Below, in pieces: positions 1 to 12,060 of a stretch of DNA of 64,000 nucleotides. The position numbers were made by a program, and so were the translations under genes. How positions within the stretch are numbered: the first letter of the stretch is position 1; each line of letters starts with the position of its first letter. Source of the DNA: Octopus vulgaris (Eukaryota); NCBI GenBank assembly GCA_951406725.2, contig OX597836.1:47926001-47990000 (forward strand), in the 5' to 3' direction. A model generated the notes under the pieces. The model was not told the origin of the DNA and made no database searches. It saw only the letters and a program-made list of their open reading frames with translations.

Positions 1-140
1 TTCTGTGACTCTGCCACCCACAGAACCACATGAAATAAAGTGTTTTGCTCAAGACCACAATGCACCACTCAGTCCAGGAATGAAACTGACAATCTAGGGA
101 CCGTGAGTGGGACACCCTAACCACTTGGTCATGCACGTTC
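1..140 (-). mobile_element. Decayed tRNA-derived SINE head (family C)
   Basis: The reverse complement resembles the heads at 23690 and 33815 (gtggttagggtg...gagcaaaacactttatttca). Confidence 0.6.
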
Positions 141-220
141 ACAGAAAGAGCATTCAGCCATAAAAACCCTGCCACAAGTAACCCCCCCCCCTCGTCTAAA
201 CACTTCCTGGCATAGAAAAA

Positions 221-443
221 TAATCCTTTCCACTGGAAGCACAAGGCCTGACATTTTTGGGGTGGGGGGGGGGGGGCAGTCAGATCAACCCCAGTATGCA
301 ACTGGTACTTAATTTATCGACCCCCAAAAGGATGAAAGGCAAAGTTGACCTTGAGGGAAAATTGAACTCTGAATGTTGCAGCAGACGAAATACTGCCAAG
401 CATTTTACCTGGTGTGCTAATGATTGTGCCAGTTCACCGCCTT
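221..443 (-). mobile_element. SINE family B (Meta-core-like)
   Basis: Reverse complement of the aaggcggcgagctggcag head and the gtcgactttgcctttcatcctttcggggtcgataaa core, seen many times in this window. Confidence 0.8.
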
Positions 444-547
444 CCTGGCATAGAAAAAAAGAATCATGTTAAATGAGAACTTGTGTGATTAGATTCTGAG
501 AATTAGTGCAATTTCCATTTACCAGATTTAACTCACCTGGCATTAGT

Positions 548-946
548 GAAACGTTAGCGCGCCGGGCGAAATGCTTAGCAGTATTTCATCTGTCGTTACG
601 TTCTGAGTTCAAATTCCGCCGAGGTCGACTTTGCCTTTCATCCTTTCGGGGGTCGATAAATAAAGTACCAGTTTCACACTGGGGTCGATGTAATCGACTT
701 AATCCGTTTGTCTGTCCTTGTTTGTCCTCTCTGTGTTTAGCCCCTTGTGGGTAGTAAAGAAATAGGTATTTTGTCTGTCATTACATTCTGTGTTCAAATT
801 CCGCCGAGGTCGACTTTGCCTTTCATCCTTTCGGGGTCGATAAATTAAGTACCAGTTACGCACTGGGGTCGATGTAATCGACTTAATATCTTTGTCTGTC
901 CTTGTTTGTCCCCTCTATGTTTAACCCCTTGTGGGTAGTAAAGAAA
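548..946 (+). mobile_element. SINE family B, dimeric form
   Basis: Head followed by two tandem copies of core plus tail (ttcaaattccgccgaggtcgactttgcc...gccccttgtgggtagtaaagaaata). Confidence 0.9.
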
Positions 947-1029
947 ATATATATATATATGTGTACACACACAAACACACACACACACACACACACACAC
1001 ATTAATATTTGACTTTTGTTGTTTTGCAG

Positions 1030-1167
1030 GTGAACTTCAATCCAAATTTTGGCAGCTGTTCCTGGTTGTTGTCTGCTGGACAGGCAGGTTTAGTTCGTCT
1101 TCATAATCTCTCTGGTCTCTTTAGTGTGCAACAACGTCGACTGTGGACACTTCATGTAAATCGATGA
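1030..1167 (+). CDS. GTF3C2: Terminal coding exon of general transcription factor 3C polypeptide 2 (TFIIIC110, WD40), partial gene
   Basis: Acceptor ttttgttgttttgcAG at 1028-1029, then VNFNPNFGSCSWLLSAGQAGLVRLHNLSGLFSVQQRRLWTLHVNR* (TGA 1165-1167). Matches the recalled last WD40 repeat of human GTF3C2 ([25 protein letters not shown]). Absent from the ORF track because it is short and lacks a start codon. Confidence 0.85.
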   Translation: MNFNPNFGSCSWLLSAGQAGLVRLHNLSGLFSVQQRRLWTLHVNR

Positions 1168-1619
1168 GAATTTCACTTGCTCAGCCTGTTGTTGCAGAGC
1201 TGGTGTCAGTGGTGCTGGTACTTCTTTTTTTTCCAAAGACGACCATTCAGAAGGTACTCCAGTGCACTACAAACTGTATATTTGTTAATCATCTCAGCTG
1301 TGTGTCACATGGACTTCCTATAGGGAATCACAGAACCATTTTACGAAGCACACATATTTCGGTCTCAAAATATTTGCGACCTCTTTGATGTATGATCAGT
1401 TAAACACTGAGACAGCATCTATTTGCAGTATCATTTCAGATATTGAAATTATAATATTTTTTATGATACCATACTTGGTACCTGCATCATAGGAGATTCT
1501 ATATAATAGACACATTATACTTGCAGGACAACCACAAATGTATTCCTTGCTAATTCCATTTCTCAACTGGATTTCAGTGTATTTTTTATTTATTTATTTA
1601 TTAATTATCATTATTATTA

Positions 1620-1651
<32 letters not shown>

Positions 1652-2514
1652 TGTAATGATATTTTTTTTTGCATATTTTGAATTTTAACTAGCTTTGTAT
1701 ATTTATAATTTGGTGCTTCATCTTGTTCAACAAGTCAAGAAACCGTCTGCTTATCTCTGTTTCCATTAATTTAGGTCTTTTGTCTGTTTTCTCAGTGAGA
1801 CACATTTGAAGTCACCAAAGTGTTCCTAAACAGTTTTTTTTTTCTTCCTCTCCCTCCTCTAATTCTTCATAACTCCATCCATTTCCCCCATCCATCTGCT
1901 ACATTTGTTTTAATCATTTTATAAATCCTGCAGATTTAATTTCCAGTTTGGTGAGCAATTACACTCATTTAATTAATAATTACTTTAAACTAGATAGTTT
2001 TTTTTTTTCTCCTTTTTTTTTCCCCTCCTGTTTTTCCTACTCCTGCTTCTCACGTTCATCTCTTTCTGTTTCATAGCTGCATACCTGCTTCCTAGTGGAA
2101 ACCCACTATTTAAATGGTAAAAATGTATTCATAAATATTTTCTTCAGTATAGTTTTTTTTCCTCTCCTTTTCATTGGCCTTTGTCAATACAATATAATCA
2201 GTAGAATGGCAGTTATTTTGTATTCTTCTTCTGAATAAGTTTCCAAACACATCAGAACTGTTAGTGATGAAGCAGTTTAAAAAATACTTGACCAGTGATA
2301 GCTAATGTTCAGACCAGACCAGAGCAAGACCCATCTCACATGTTTACTCATCACAGATGTGTCCAGTCATCTAAAGAAAACCTTGGCTATTTATTCTTTC
2401 TGTATTTTGATGGAAGCTTTCAGTTCTCAATTTTGTCAGGATTTTTTTTTTTTCCATTTTTTTCCCCATATACAGTTTTATGACCTTGTAAAACCAGTTA
2501 TAACGATAACAAGA

Positions 2515-2593
2515 AATAAACACAAGCTTTTGTCTATAGAGCCTTAATTTTAACTTTATATCTTCTTGGTTCCTTCTCCAACTTTTTAATAAA
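2515..2593 (+). terminator. Candidate polyadenylation signals for the GTF3C2 3' UTR
   Basis: AATAAA at 2515-2520 and 2588-2593, after about 1.4 kb of mostly repeat-free, T-rich sequence downstream of the stop. Usage is inferred. Confidence 0.35.
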
Positions 2594-2830
2594 ACTGATT
2601 GTGAGCGGTTTTTCATTGTAAATGAAAGTATGATGTTGTCAAGCAGTAAATTCCTTCTTCTCTGCTGACTTGCTCTACTCTGATCACTGTTGGTAAATCA
2701 ATGATTGCTGTCAGGAAAGATTATAATGATTTCCAGGAGGAAATTAATCGAGGTTCATCAAGGAATCAGGAACAAGTTCTAGTAATTTCTATACTTTTCT
2801 TAAAGACGTAATGGGACAAGCTATCCATTG
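2560..2830 (-). mobile_element. Possible highly decayed Penelope-like RT fragment
   Basis: Minus-strand pieces SLSHYVFKKSIEIT and IYCLTTSYFHLQ resemble the PLE RT motifs SLFTNVP..E.IEII and CL.TTYF. Many stops. Confidence 0.3.
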
Positions 2831-3498
2831 GTTTTTATGGTATTTTTAATCGAATTGGTAGAACAATGTTCATGTGAGAGGATGGAGTGGAGAATTATAA
2901 GTTTGTTATTTGAAACAATGGAGACAAAAGCTAAAAACCTGGAGAACCATTTATTGAATGGTTCTTGGAAGATATTAAAATATGAAGCAAGAAAAAAAAA
3001 AAATGGTAAAACATCTCAATTGAAGGATTAAAGTGTTTCAAGTGATGAAGTTTGAGAAAAAGTAGCATCAATGTAAAATTTCTGGTTTATTGATAAACAA
3101 AAGTCAGTTTGGGGTTGAGAGAAACTTCTGAAGAGGAGAACTTCAAGTTGATATGACAACAAATGTTAGATGCAGCAGTGAATATTTGGAAATTAGCGAT
3201 ATATCTTTATAAGTGCAAACTCTGGTTAAGGTTGAAGTCATCTTTAAAGTGGATGTAACTTAGTTATCTCATCCCTGTTTAAGTGATATCAACATAAGCT
3301 GAAATAGTTTTCAAGGATGTTAAAACCTTTCTGTAAATTCTGTAGTGCAACTACAGAATTAATGGCCCCCAGTTTATAAGGGTAGAAGGGTCTGTTACTT
3401 GAAGGGGGTTGTAACTGAAAAATCAGAGGTCCCTTATCTTAGTTTCTGTGTTGGGTTACAGACACCCAACTTGTGGATTTGAACTTCATACTCTAGAC

Positions 3499-3677
3499 CA
3501 GTGGTTTTCAACCAGGGTTCCGCAAGAAGTTACAAAAATGCTAAAATCGACAGTAATTTTTAATTCTCCTGTGCAGATATGTGTGCATAAGACTATTAAA
3601 TTATTGCACAAGGGTTCCTCGAGCTAGTGAAATGTTTCCTTGGGGTTCTGCTCCAGCAAAATGTTTGAAAAGCACTG
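3499..3677. mobile_element. hAT (Charlie/Buster-type) MITE with perfect 8-bp TSD
   Basis: TIRs CAGTGGTTTTCAA and TTGAAAAGCACTG. Identical flanks ctctagac at 3491-3498 and 3678-3685 fit the NTCTAGAN target preference. Confidence 0.92.
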
Positions 3678-4256
3678 CTCTAGACAAACATCCGTAGTAC
3701 AGGGAGTGTGGTTGTACACATTGGCTCTCCTCATAAGGCTTCCTCTTTGCCAATGTGTCCATGTTGATGACATTTTGGAAAATTGAAGATTTGGTTGCAG
3801 TGTCTCAAAACAGATTTCATTCATTCTGCTCAAAAGCCTTGCTGAGGACATATGTTGCCTTCGTCGTGAGTCAAGTAGGTTCGTAACAGGTGTTATTGGA
3901 TAGGTGCTCTTTGGAATGATGGTTAAATTCCCATGACACAACCATTGTGGGTAGAAGGAACAATACTTACAAGTGAATGACTACATTGAAAATATCGAAT
4001 CATTTACAAAAGCAATAAAGCTATGTAAGAGAGAAAAAAAAAAAAAAGAAAGCCTGTCCTCGTCAAATTAGATTGCTTTAAAATGCTTAAAATAGTAATA
4101 ATCTTGGAATTCAATTATATGCAGCTAAAAGTTAATTAGCATGGAGCAAAATGAGTTTGAATAATTAACAGCCAAGTAAACATCATTGATTGCATTATTT
4201 CTGCTTCTGGTAGACAAAATTCTCAACAGCTACAGTGAATATTAGAATGTAGTTAA

Positions 4257-4634
4257 TCTTTTACTTGTTTCAGTCATTTGACTGCAGCCATGCTGGAGCA
4301 CCGCCTTTAATCGAGCAACTCGACCCCGGGACTTATTCTTTTGTAAGCCCAGTATTTATTCTATCGGTCTCTTTTGCCGAACCGCTTAGTAACAGGGACA
4401 TAAACACACCAGCATCGGTTGTCAAGCAATGCTAGGAGGACAAACACACACACATATATATATATATATACGATGGGCTTCTTTTAGTTTCCGTCTACCA
4501 AATCCACTCACAAGGCTTTGGTCGGCCTGAGGCTATAGTAGAAGATACTTGCCCAAGGTGCCACGCAGTGGGACTGAACCCGGAACCATGTGGTTGGTAA
4601 ACGAGCTACTTACCACACAGCCACTCCTGCGCCT
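4257..4634 (-). mobile_element. SINE family A, full length
   Basis: Reverse complement of ggcgcaggagtggctgtgtggtaag...ggttccgggttcagtccc (A/B-box-like) through the tail gactgaaacaagtaaaag. Confidence 0.9.
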
Positions 4635-5264
4635 ATTTGTTGTTTATAAATATTAACCACAATTTGAGGAATATAAATTCAATCTTAATGTTGTCAATAG
4701 TTTTGGGTGATTGACTGAATAATGTGATGTTAAATATGACACTACCAAGGCTGGGATGTGAAACCTGTTCTGCAGTGTGGATGATTGTGGAATCATCCTG
4801 GTTGAGGGTTGCTAAGCTTCTTCTAATGGCTGTGGCTGGTTTGCTATTTTTCGTTTTCTTTCAATTAAAAAGAAAAGAAAGATTGTGTATGTTGAAATGT
4901 TTTGGCAGCTTCAGAGAAATAACAATTTACTGCATCACTATTTCTGTTTGGGAGGAAAATGCAATTGTCAGCAAATAACAGTTTGAAGATGTATTTTCCA
5001 CTGCTGTTCATGTGAAACAAGTAGATGGTGCAAGTTGTACAGCAGCAGGCTACTACTGGGAATTGAGAGAGAGAGAGAGAGAGAGAGCATTGGTGTTCTT
5101 GGTTAAATTCCTGTTGTTTTAAGAAACCTTATACGAAGAAGACAAAGTTTCTGCTGTGAATAAACAGCTTTGTTAAACACTTGGAAGAATGGAGAAGCTG
5201 TTGGGAGTGGCTGCTGTTTTGTTTCACCTGACTTTGGAATTAATGAATGATTATTAGATGCTTA

Positions 5265-5645
5265 GTCTGTGGCAGGGTGGTCGAGAAACTTGCTTCTCAA
5301 CCATGTGGTCTCCGGTTCAACCTTGCTGCATGGCATCTTGTTCAAGTGTCCTTTGTATAACCCCTGGACCGACCAAAGTGAGTGAATTTGGGTGAAAAAA
5401 GCCTGATACACATGCACACACGTGTTTTGTGTGCACCCTTGTTTTGACATCACACGATGCATTACTGTCATATAAGCAATGTTCATTTATAATCTGTGGA
5501 AAACCTGTCTGGTTATGGGGAGATGTCATCTTACTTGAAAACAGGTGAGAGTTGGCAACAGGAAGGGCATCCGGCTGCATAAAACCAACCTCAACAAATT
5601 CCGTCTGATCCATGCAAGCATAGAAAAATGGACGTTGAATGATGG
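5265..5645 (+). mobile_element. SINE family D (A-like head, ggcaacaggaagggcatcc 3' module)
   Basis: Same architecture at about 28180-28500 and 40880-41290. The 3' module recurs at about 32130-32235, 50040-50190 and 52860-52990. Confidence 0.7.
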
Positions 5646-6488
5646 CCATGAAATTCATGTTTCCTTTTCATTATGTCTCAAATTCAGTGCAAAACCCGTG
5701 TCGTTCTGATGATTTGGGAACTCTACTAGGTTTTAAATTGATTTATTCTTCTGCCAATGGTACTGTGTTCTGTGAGACTTTACCTCAATTGTTGCAATAC
5801 TCTCTCCATCGAATAATATCTACATAAAAGGTCTTGTTTTTTATTTGCCAAAAGTATATGTGTGAGTGTGTTGAGACACGTAATGCAAAGGCCATGGTGA
5901 AGCACTCCTGATCATAAGGTGATGCATTAAAATTCCTAGGCTGGGAGGTGTGTCATGTTCTTCGGCAAGGTGTTTCGTTACCCATTACACCTATCTACAC
6001 TGAAAATGACTAATAGCCAAGTACCAGTGCAACCTGGCCCCTCCCTTTTTCTCACCGTTACATTATCCACACTCCACTGGATTAAGAATGGGTGGGGTGG
6101 GAGAATTGAGAATGTCACCGGCTGATTGTGTCGACAGATACCTAAAACTTGAAAGTAGGTTACAAAGTAGCCGGTCATACTAGCACGTCTGTGTATAGAA
6201 GTACTTTCTAACTTGGTACCAAACTCCTCTCAGTAACAAGAGTTCAGGTCACGCAGCTGGTTTCCTCCTCTTTATCGTTTTCTCTTTTGCCTGCTGAAGT
6301 GTTTTTCTTAGTATTATGAGCCATTATTTATACCTACATTTAAGATACATCGTATATATATATCATCATTGTCATTGTTTAACGTCCGTTTTCCATGCTA
6401 GCATGGGTTGGATGGTTCGACTGGGGTCTGGGAAGCCAGGAGGCTGCGCCAGATATATATATATATATATGTATATGTATCTATAAAC

Positions 6489-6831
6489 TCAGGAAGTACG
6501 AGATATGAATATATTTAACCACATGATATCCTTAGGGCTATGGCCGTTTTGCAGTCTTCGTGTAGAAGTTCAGTGTGGAATAAAATTGTGTTTACATTAA
6601 TATGCACACTAGGCATTATACAGTACAATTGTATATCCGCATATCAATGCAAACAAAGAAAGCTGATGAGCGAGCTTTCTTTATTTGCATTTGATTTGTG
6701 AATATACAATAGTATAATGCTAGCATGTAAACGTAATTTTATTCCACTCTGAAATGAAAACTACGAAACAGCTGTAACCCTAAGGATGTCAAATGGTTAA
6801 ATAAATAATATTCATTTCTTATAATTCCTGA
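6489..6831. repeat. Imperfect inverted repeat of about 340 bp, probably an old PLE inverted terminus
   Basis: Arms pair around the centre aaagaaagct-gatgagcg-agctttcttt. The right arm retains GAAA-CAGCTG-TA, a hammerhead 3' half with a palindromic stem III. Confidence 0.7.
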
Positions 6832-6922
6832 CTTTTTATGGTTTATCTACGCCTCATGGAATAATTTCATCGATCGCATCTTCTGGATTTCAGCTGCATG
6901 GATGCTCTGCACTACGCTTCTC

Positions 6923-7683
6923 GGATCTTTTCCTTTTGAACGGCAGTTTGTAACATAATTTCTAGGTAACTAAAAAATTTTAAACTTCGTATACTGGTAG
7001 AATGTGTTTATAAAACATAATTTTCTCTAGGCTTTATTGAGAAAATTCTATAGTTTGTAACATATTTCGTCTAAAATTTCTTGCATTTCGGCAACTTTAA
7101 CCAATCACTGGCGTCCATTTAGGTAAATAACATTCTGTGCATAATGAATATGTCCCTCGTTTAAGAAACAGATTGGGTTTATTTACATTTGTGAAGAAAA
7201 AAGATACCCTTCCACACCCCTAAACCTAACCCTAACTAACCCTAAAAGAGATTGAAATGCAATGGATCGATACTAGGGTTATAATTATGGGTGACAATTT
7301 CATACGACACCGCTATAAAAAACTTAGTGGTGTCGTATGAAATTGTCACCCATAATTATAACCCTAGTATCGATCTATTGCATTTCAATCTATTTTAGAT
7401 TTAGGGGTGGGGCAAGGGTATCTTTTTTCTTCACAAATGTAAATAAACCCAATCTGTTTCTTAAACGAGGGACATATTCATTATGCACAGAATGTTATTT
7501 ACCTAAATGGACGCCAGTGATTGGTTAAAATTGCCGAAATGCAAGAAATTTTAGGCGAAATATGTTACAACCTATAGAATTTTCTCAATAAAGCCTAGAG
7601 AAAATTATGTTTTATAAACACATTAAAATTTTTTAGTTACCTAGAAATTATGTTACAAACTGCCGTTCAAAAGGAAAAGATCC
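6923..7683. mobile_element. 761-bp fold-back: two head-to-head copies of a MITE-like element with CCCTAA repeats
   Basis: Ends ggatcttttccttttgaacggcag and ctgccgttcaaaaggaaaagatcc. Arms 6923-7315 and 7325-7683, 9-nt loop, few substitutions plus indels. Partial third copy at about 11313-11420. Confidence 0.9.
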
Positions 7684-9000
7684 CACAACTTCGTTGGCCA
7701 GTAGGTCCGAAGTCTGAAAGATACATTAATCTTGAACTTGAAACTCAATTGATCAATAGACAGGTTGATATTTAGGAGGTTCTCACCTGTGTAATTTATA
7801 CTTTACCAAAAAAACTGCGTCAAACCAACAGTCATTTAACCTGCTAGAAAGAGCAGTTGAATTTCCTGAAATTTCATCTTACTGTTTTAAATAAAGAAAG
7901 GTTACATTAGCCATGAAAAAAGAAAAATGGTACAGTGGTGACGGTGATGCCTTTGATCCTAGATCCTTTCAATTACGCCTGGCATTAGCCGAAACGAATC
8001 CAACAGCTTAGTGGTGTTTTCATTTAATCTGCTGAATTCAAGAAGAAAGACTTCCAAATGTAGTAGATTAAGTGAAACACAACAGATATGTTGAGAAATT
8101 TTATTCTTCTCACGGGTTGATTTGTAATTTTTTTTTTTTAAAGTATTCCGAAAATCCGAGAGAATTTCTTTGCGGAAAGAATTTTTAAAAACTTAAACGC
8201 TTCTACCCACCCACCCCCAAACACCCGCCTCTGCTCTCTTGACTTTCTTACCATTTAAATACTTCCTCTTTTCATCTTTCCTTCCTTCCTACGTTCATCA
8301 TTAGGAAGTCCGTATATACATATATATATAGAGAGAGAGAGAGAGATCTGTATTTCGTTTGAACATATTTTACATTCACCCAATACGCTGCTTCCTTTCT
8401 CTCTTTCTTTTTCTTCCTCCTACTCACGCCCATCAAATTCTTCCCCCCACACACACACACACTTAACTCCACCTTCTCCCCCCTCTCTCTCTGTCTATCG
8501 GAAAGTATAACATCACTTCACAGGTCGTTGTCATCATCAGCGCCCTCTGTCCATAGAAGAAAACGAAAAGTTCATTTTCGTTCCTTCATGCCTCTCCTTT
8601 GCAAATTCTGTAGTTACAGTGTCTGTGATGACAGTGAGGGCCAATTAAGGAGTGGAGGTCATCATACTTAAATGGTGGGTTGTCATGAGGAATTCTCTAT
8701 TCCACTTTTGTGTGCAAAGCGGGTTTAGATCAGCCACAGTTTTTGTCTCCGCCATCTTCATCACATTTTCCCGCGACAAACAGTTTGATGTTTATGTACT
8801 CCCATCACTCTATTTTAAGATGCACTAAACAAGGGCCCCTTCTGCACGCAGCCCTATGTCTCAAGTAGGGACAAACTGATAGTACAGTAGATCGTTAGGA
8901 ACACGATCTCTGTCTATGCACACACGTGACCATTCCATCGCAACCAACGCTCCCTGAACATTGTATGAATATGTATGTGTGTGTGTGTATATAAATAATA

Positions 9001-9141
9001 ACTCTTACTCTTACTCTTTTACTTGTTTCAGTCATTTGACTGCGGCCATGCTGGAGCACCGCCTTTAGTCGAGCAAATCGACCCCTGGACTTATTCTTTG
9101 TAAGCCCAGTACTTATTCTATTGGTCTCTTTTGCCGAACCG
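9001..9141 (-). mobile_element. SINE family A, 3' fragment
   Basis: actcttttacttgtttcagtcatttgactgcggccatgctggagcaccgcc tail. Confidence 0.85.
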
Positions 9142-9544
9142 TAAAATTAATTAATTAAGAATTAATCAATAATTTCACCAAGCAGAATTCGGCATGAAAA
9201 AAGGACCATTTCATGGTAAACATAAGTAATACTTAATAAATTAAGTAGAAGAAATAGCTAACGTTTTTTGGCTGCTATTTCTAAATTTCGGTATGTGGTA
9301 AAGAAAATCTTTGCTGAACCCTAATTATAAAGTATATATATATATATATATAGGATCGTTTGTAGAAATACATAAATCCGGAGAAGCACCACACGTAGAG
9401 CAGTTTTACCCTCCTACAATATATATATATATTAGTCACTATGAGGATATTTAGATCTCTTGTAGGGATATTTTTATCCAAGATACACTGGTTTAGTATA
9501 TTGTATTTTGAAGAGATATTTCTTCAAGAAATATATTGAATCTG

Positions 9545-9948
9545 AAGGCGGCGAGCTGGCAGAAACGTTAGCACACCGGGCGAAATGCTTAGCGGTATTT
9601 CGTCTGTCGCTACGTTCTGAGTTCAAATTCCGCCACAGTCGACTTTGCCTTTCATCCTTTCGGGGGTCGATAAATAAAGTACCAGTTTCACACTGGGGTC
9701 GATATAATCGACTTGATCCGTTTGTCTGTTCTTGTTTGTCCTCTCTGTGTTTAGCCCCTTGTGGGTAGTAAAGAAATAGGTATTTCGTCTGTCTTTATGT
9801 TCTGAGTTCAAATTCCGCCGAGGTTGACTTTGCCTTTCATCCTTTCGGTGTAGATAAATTAAATACCAGTTGCGTGCTGGAATTTATCTGATCGACTGGC
9901 TCCCTCCCCCAAAATTTTGGGCCTAGTGTCTAGAGTAGAAAAGAATAT
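9545..9948 (+). mobile_element. SINE family B, dimeric form
   Basis: Head aaggcggcgagctggcagaaacg and two core copies; the second ends in the alternative cccc...ggcct..tg tail. Confidence 0.9.
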
Positions 9949-9949
9949 T

Positions 9950-10410
9950 ATAATGGAGTAGGCCTGTCTATGGGGTTACCCTGGGTTTCTCGCTCATTAG
10001 GAGTTTAGCCTAACGGCGTATCTTCAGGCCCCAGACACTGCTGGCCTGTAACCTCATTAAAATAAGGAGGAAGTCTTGTTTTTATCTCCCTTTGCCATTG
10101 TCCAGCGATATTCGGCCGCACTGCCATCTTGCGGTCACTAAAGCACCGCGAAGGTAAATGATTGTCTCCCTTCGGCTTTGGATATTGGTTTCCGGCTGTG
10201 GTGCCGCCGCGCGGATTCCAAAAGGCCAGTAGGAATTTTCTAAAATGCACGGCCTGGAAATCTCCGTCCTGCAGTTCATGATTCTGCCAGGTACGAACGA
10301 GTCTTTAAGGATCCTCGTACGTTCAGCAATGCATAACTTGCACCGTTTCGTCCCGTTTATGTAGGGGCTTGGGTTCTCGAGTATTTTCCATGCGATCGAG
10401 TATGGAATAT
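9950..10410 (-). mobile_element. Penelope-like retroelement 3' fragment (Naiad/Chlamys-type GIY-YIG C-terminus plus terminal hammerhead)
   Basis: Minus strand translates IPYSIAWKILENPSPYINGTKRCKLCIAERTRILKD...MNCRTEISRPC/HFRKFLL. This matches the recalled Naiad-type motif I.W.I...A.PY..G.KRC.LC..EK..I...LN.R.E....CRH..KFLL. Confidence 0.8.
9960..10047 (-). ncRNA. Type I hammerhead ribozyme motif with extended stems I and II
   Basis: Minus strand: AGGCC-agcag-TGTCT-GGGGc CTGAAGA [taCGCCGTTAGG ctaaact CCTAATGaGCGa] GAAA CCCaGGG TA aCCCCat-AGACA-GGCCT. Conserved core, GUA cleavage triplet and pairing stems. Confidence 0.75.
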
Positions 10411-10740
10411 ATATATATGTGTGTGTGTATGTACGTGTAATAATTATATTCAGGTATACACCTCGTAGTATACCGTTTAAAGCCCGTTCACAATATTCAG
10501 CTACCTGATGTCGACAACAGAATGGAAGTATACACCACTGGATTTAGTTCAGGAGTTCCTTTGTGTCCGTAGAGTTTATAAAGATATGAGAGAAAGAAAA
10601 TGCAACTCACCAGACTCTTTATTCTTTATGTGAATAAAGGATCTCATCAATTCCATTTTCTTTCTTTCATATATATATATATTATATTATATTAAATTAG
10701 AGATAATCTAATTTTTCCCTGTAAGTTTGGATTTATTCCC

Positions 10741-10779
<39 letters not shown>

Positions 10780-10784
<5 letters not shown>

Positions 10785-10978
10785 AACATGAAAACACAAA
10801 GAGAAAACACAACAACGCGAGGACGTGGAACAAGTATAGTATTATTGGACGCTCAGGAAAGAAGGAGGGTTTAACATTTCGAGCGGAGCTCGTCGTCAGA
10901 AACATAAGAAAAGGAAAGATCCAGAGAAGGGAAGACGGAGGAAAAAAATCGCCAACAGTACACACGCGGTCACATTTA
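10780..10978 (-). mobile_element. PLE terminal fragment with degenerate minimal hammerhead (10868-10903)
   Basis: Minus strand tttCTGACGA c GAGCtccGCTC GAAA tgtta, abutting a (TA)n tract. Confidence 0.55.
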
Positions 10979-11764
10979 AGTTTCTCTCAGATCTACCGTA
11001 GATCGCCCAATATAGGAAAGTGTTGAAGATACAAGTTTGATTCATCCTCATTTTACGCGCTCAGTGTAAAGATTTTGTTCACCAAACTCTGTCGGAGAAT
11101 TTAGCCATCACAATAGCTACGATTCTGAATTGCGAATTAAACTCGACTTCAAGCGATAAATTATTGGTTTGATTGAAGCCAGAATATGGAAAGTTCTTTC
11201 CTTCTCTGAGTGTAGAGTCGTTAACAGAAATAAAGGAGGGTAGACAGTGTCTTGAGATATATCAGCGGGTTTCCTTTATGCTAATGATTAGAGCAAACTG
11301 TGAGCATGCTTCTAAATAAATAAACCCAATCTGTTTCTTAAAAGAGGGACATATTCATAAGGCACAGAATGTTTTCACCTAAATAGACGTCATTAATTGG
11401 TTGAAATTACAGAAATTGAAAAAAAAGGGGAACTTTTCTGTTGATTTTCGTTTAACAAATGGGTAACATTCCGGTCTAAAACCCCGGGCAACGTCGGGAA
11501 TCCCAGATTTTTTTTCGTTAATTTTCTATTTTTAACGATACAAAAACTGTTCATTGAGTATTTTATTCATGTTACTTATTCATTTTTTATTTTTTTCAGT
11601 TATTCCTTTCGACTGGGATAACATAACTGTCCTTAAGACAGTGGGACCATTTAATCGTTACGAAAAAAATTAAATCCGCTTTACAAAATGTCTTTGTGTC
11701 CTAACTGAAAGAAATCATTGCATTTTATGTGGAACCTTTATATCGAAGACGAAGCAAATGAATT

Positions 11765-11827
11765 AATAATAATAATAATAATAATAATAAATCCATTTTC
11801 GACGCATATACTTTAAGACAGAGAGAC

Positions 11828-11881
<54 letters not shown>

Positions 11882-11886
11882 CTGGG

Positions 11887-11938
<52 letters not shown>

Positions 11939-12060
11939 AGATAGATAGATAGATAGATAGATGAATAGATAGAGATAGATAGATGAATAGATAGAGATAG
12001 ATAGATAGATGGATAGATAGATAGATGGAGATAGATAGATAGATAAAGATAGATAGATAG
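11765..12060 (+). repeat. (TAA)n and long (GATA)n microsatellites
   Basis: Directly visible; explains ORFs 11725-12171 and 11763-12110. Confidence 0.97.
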
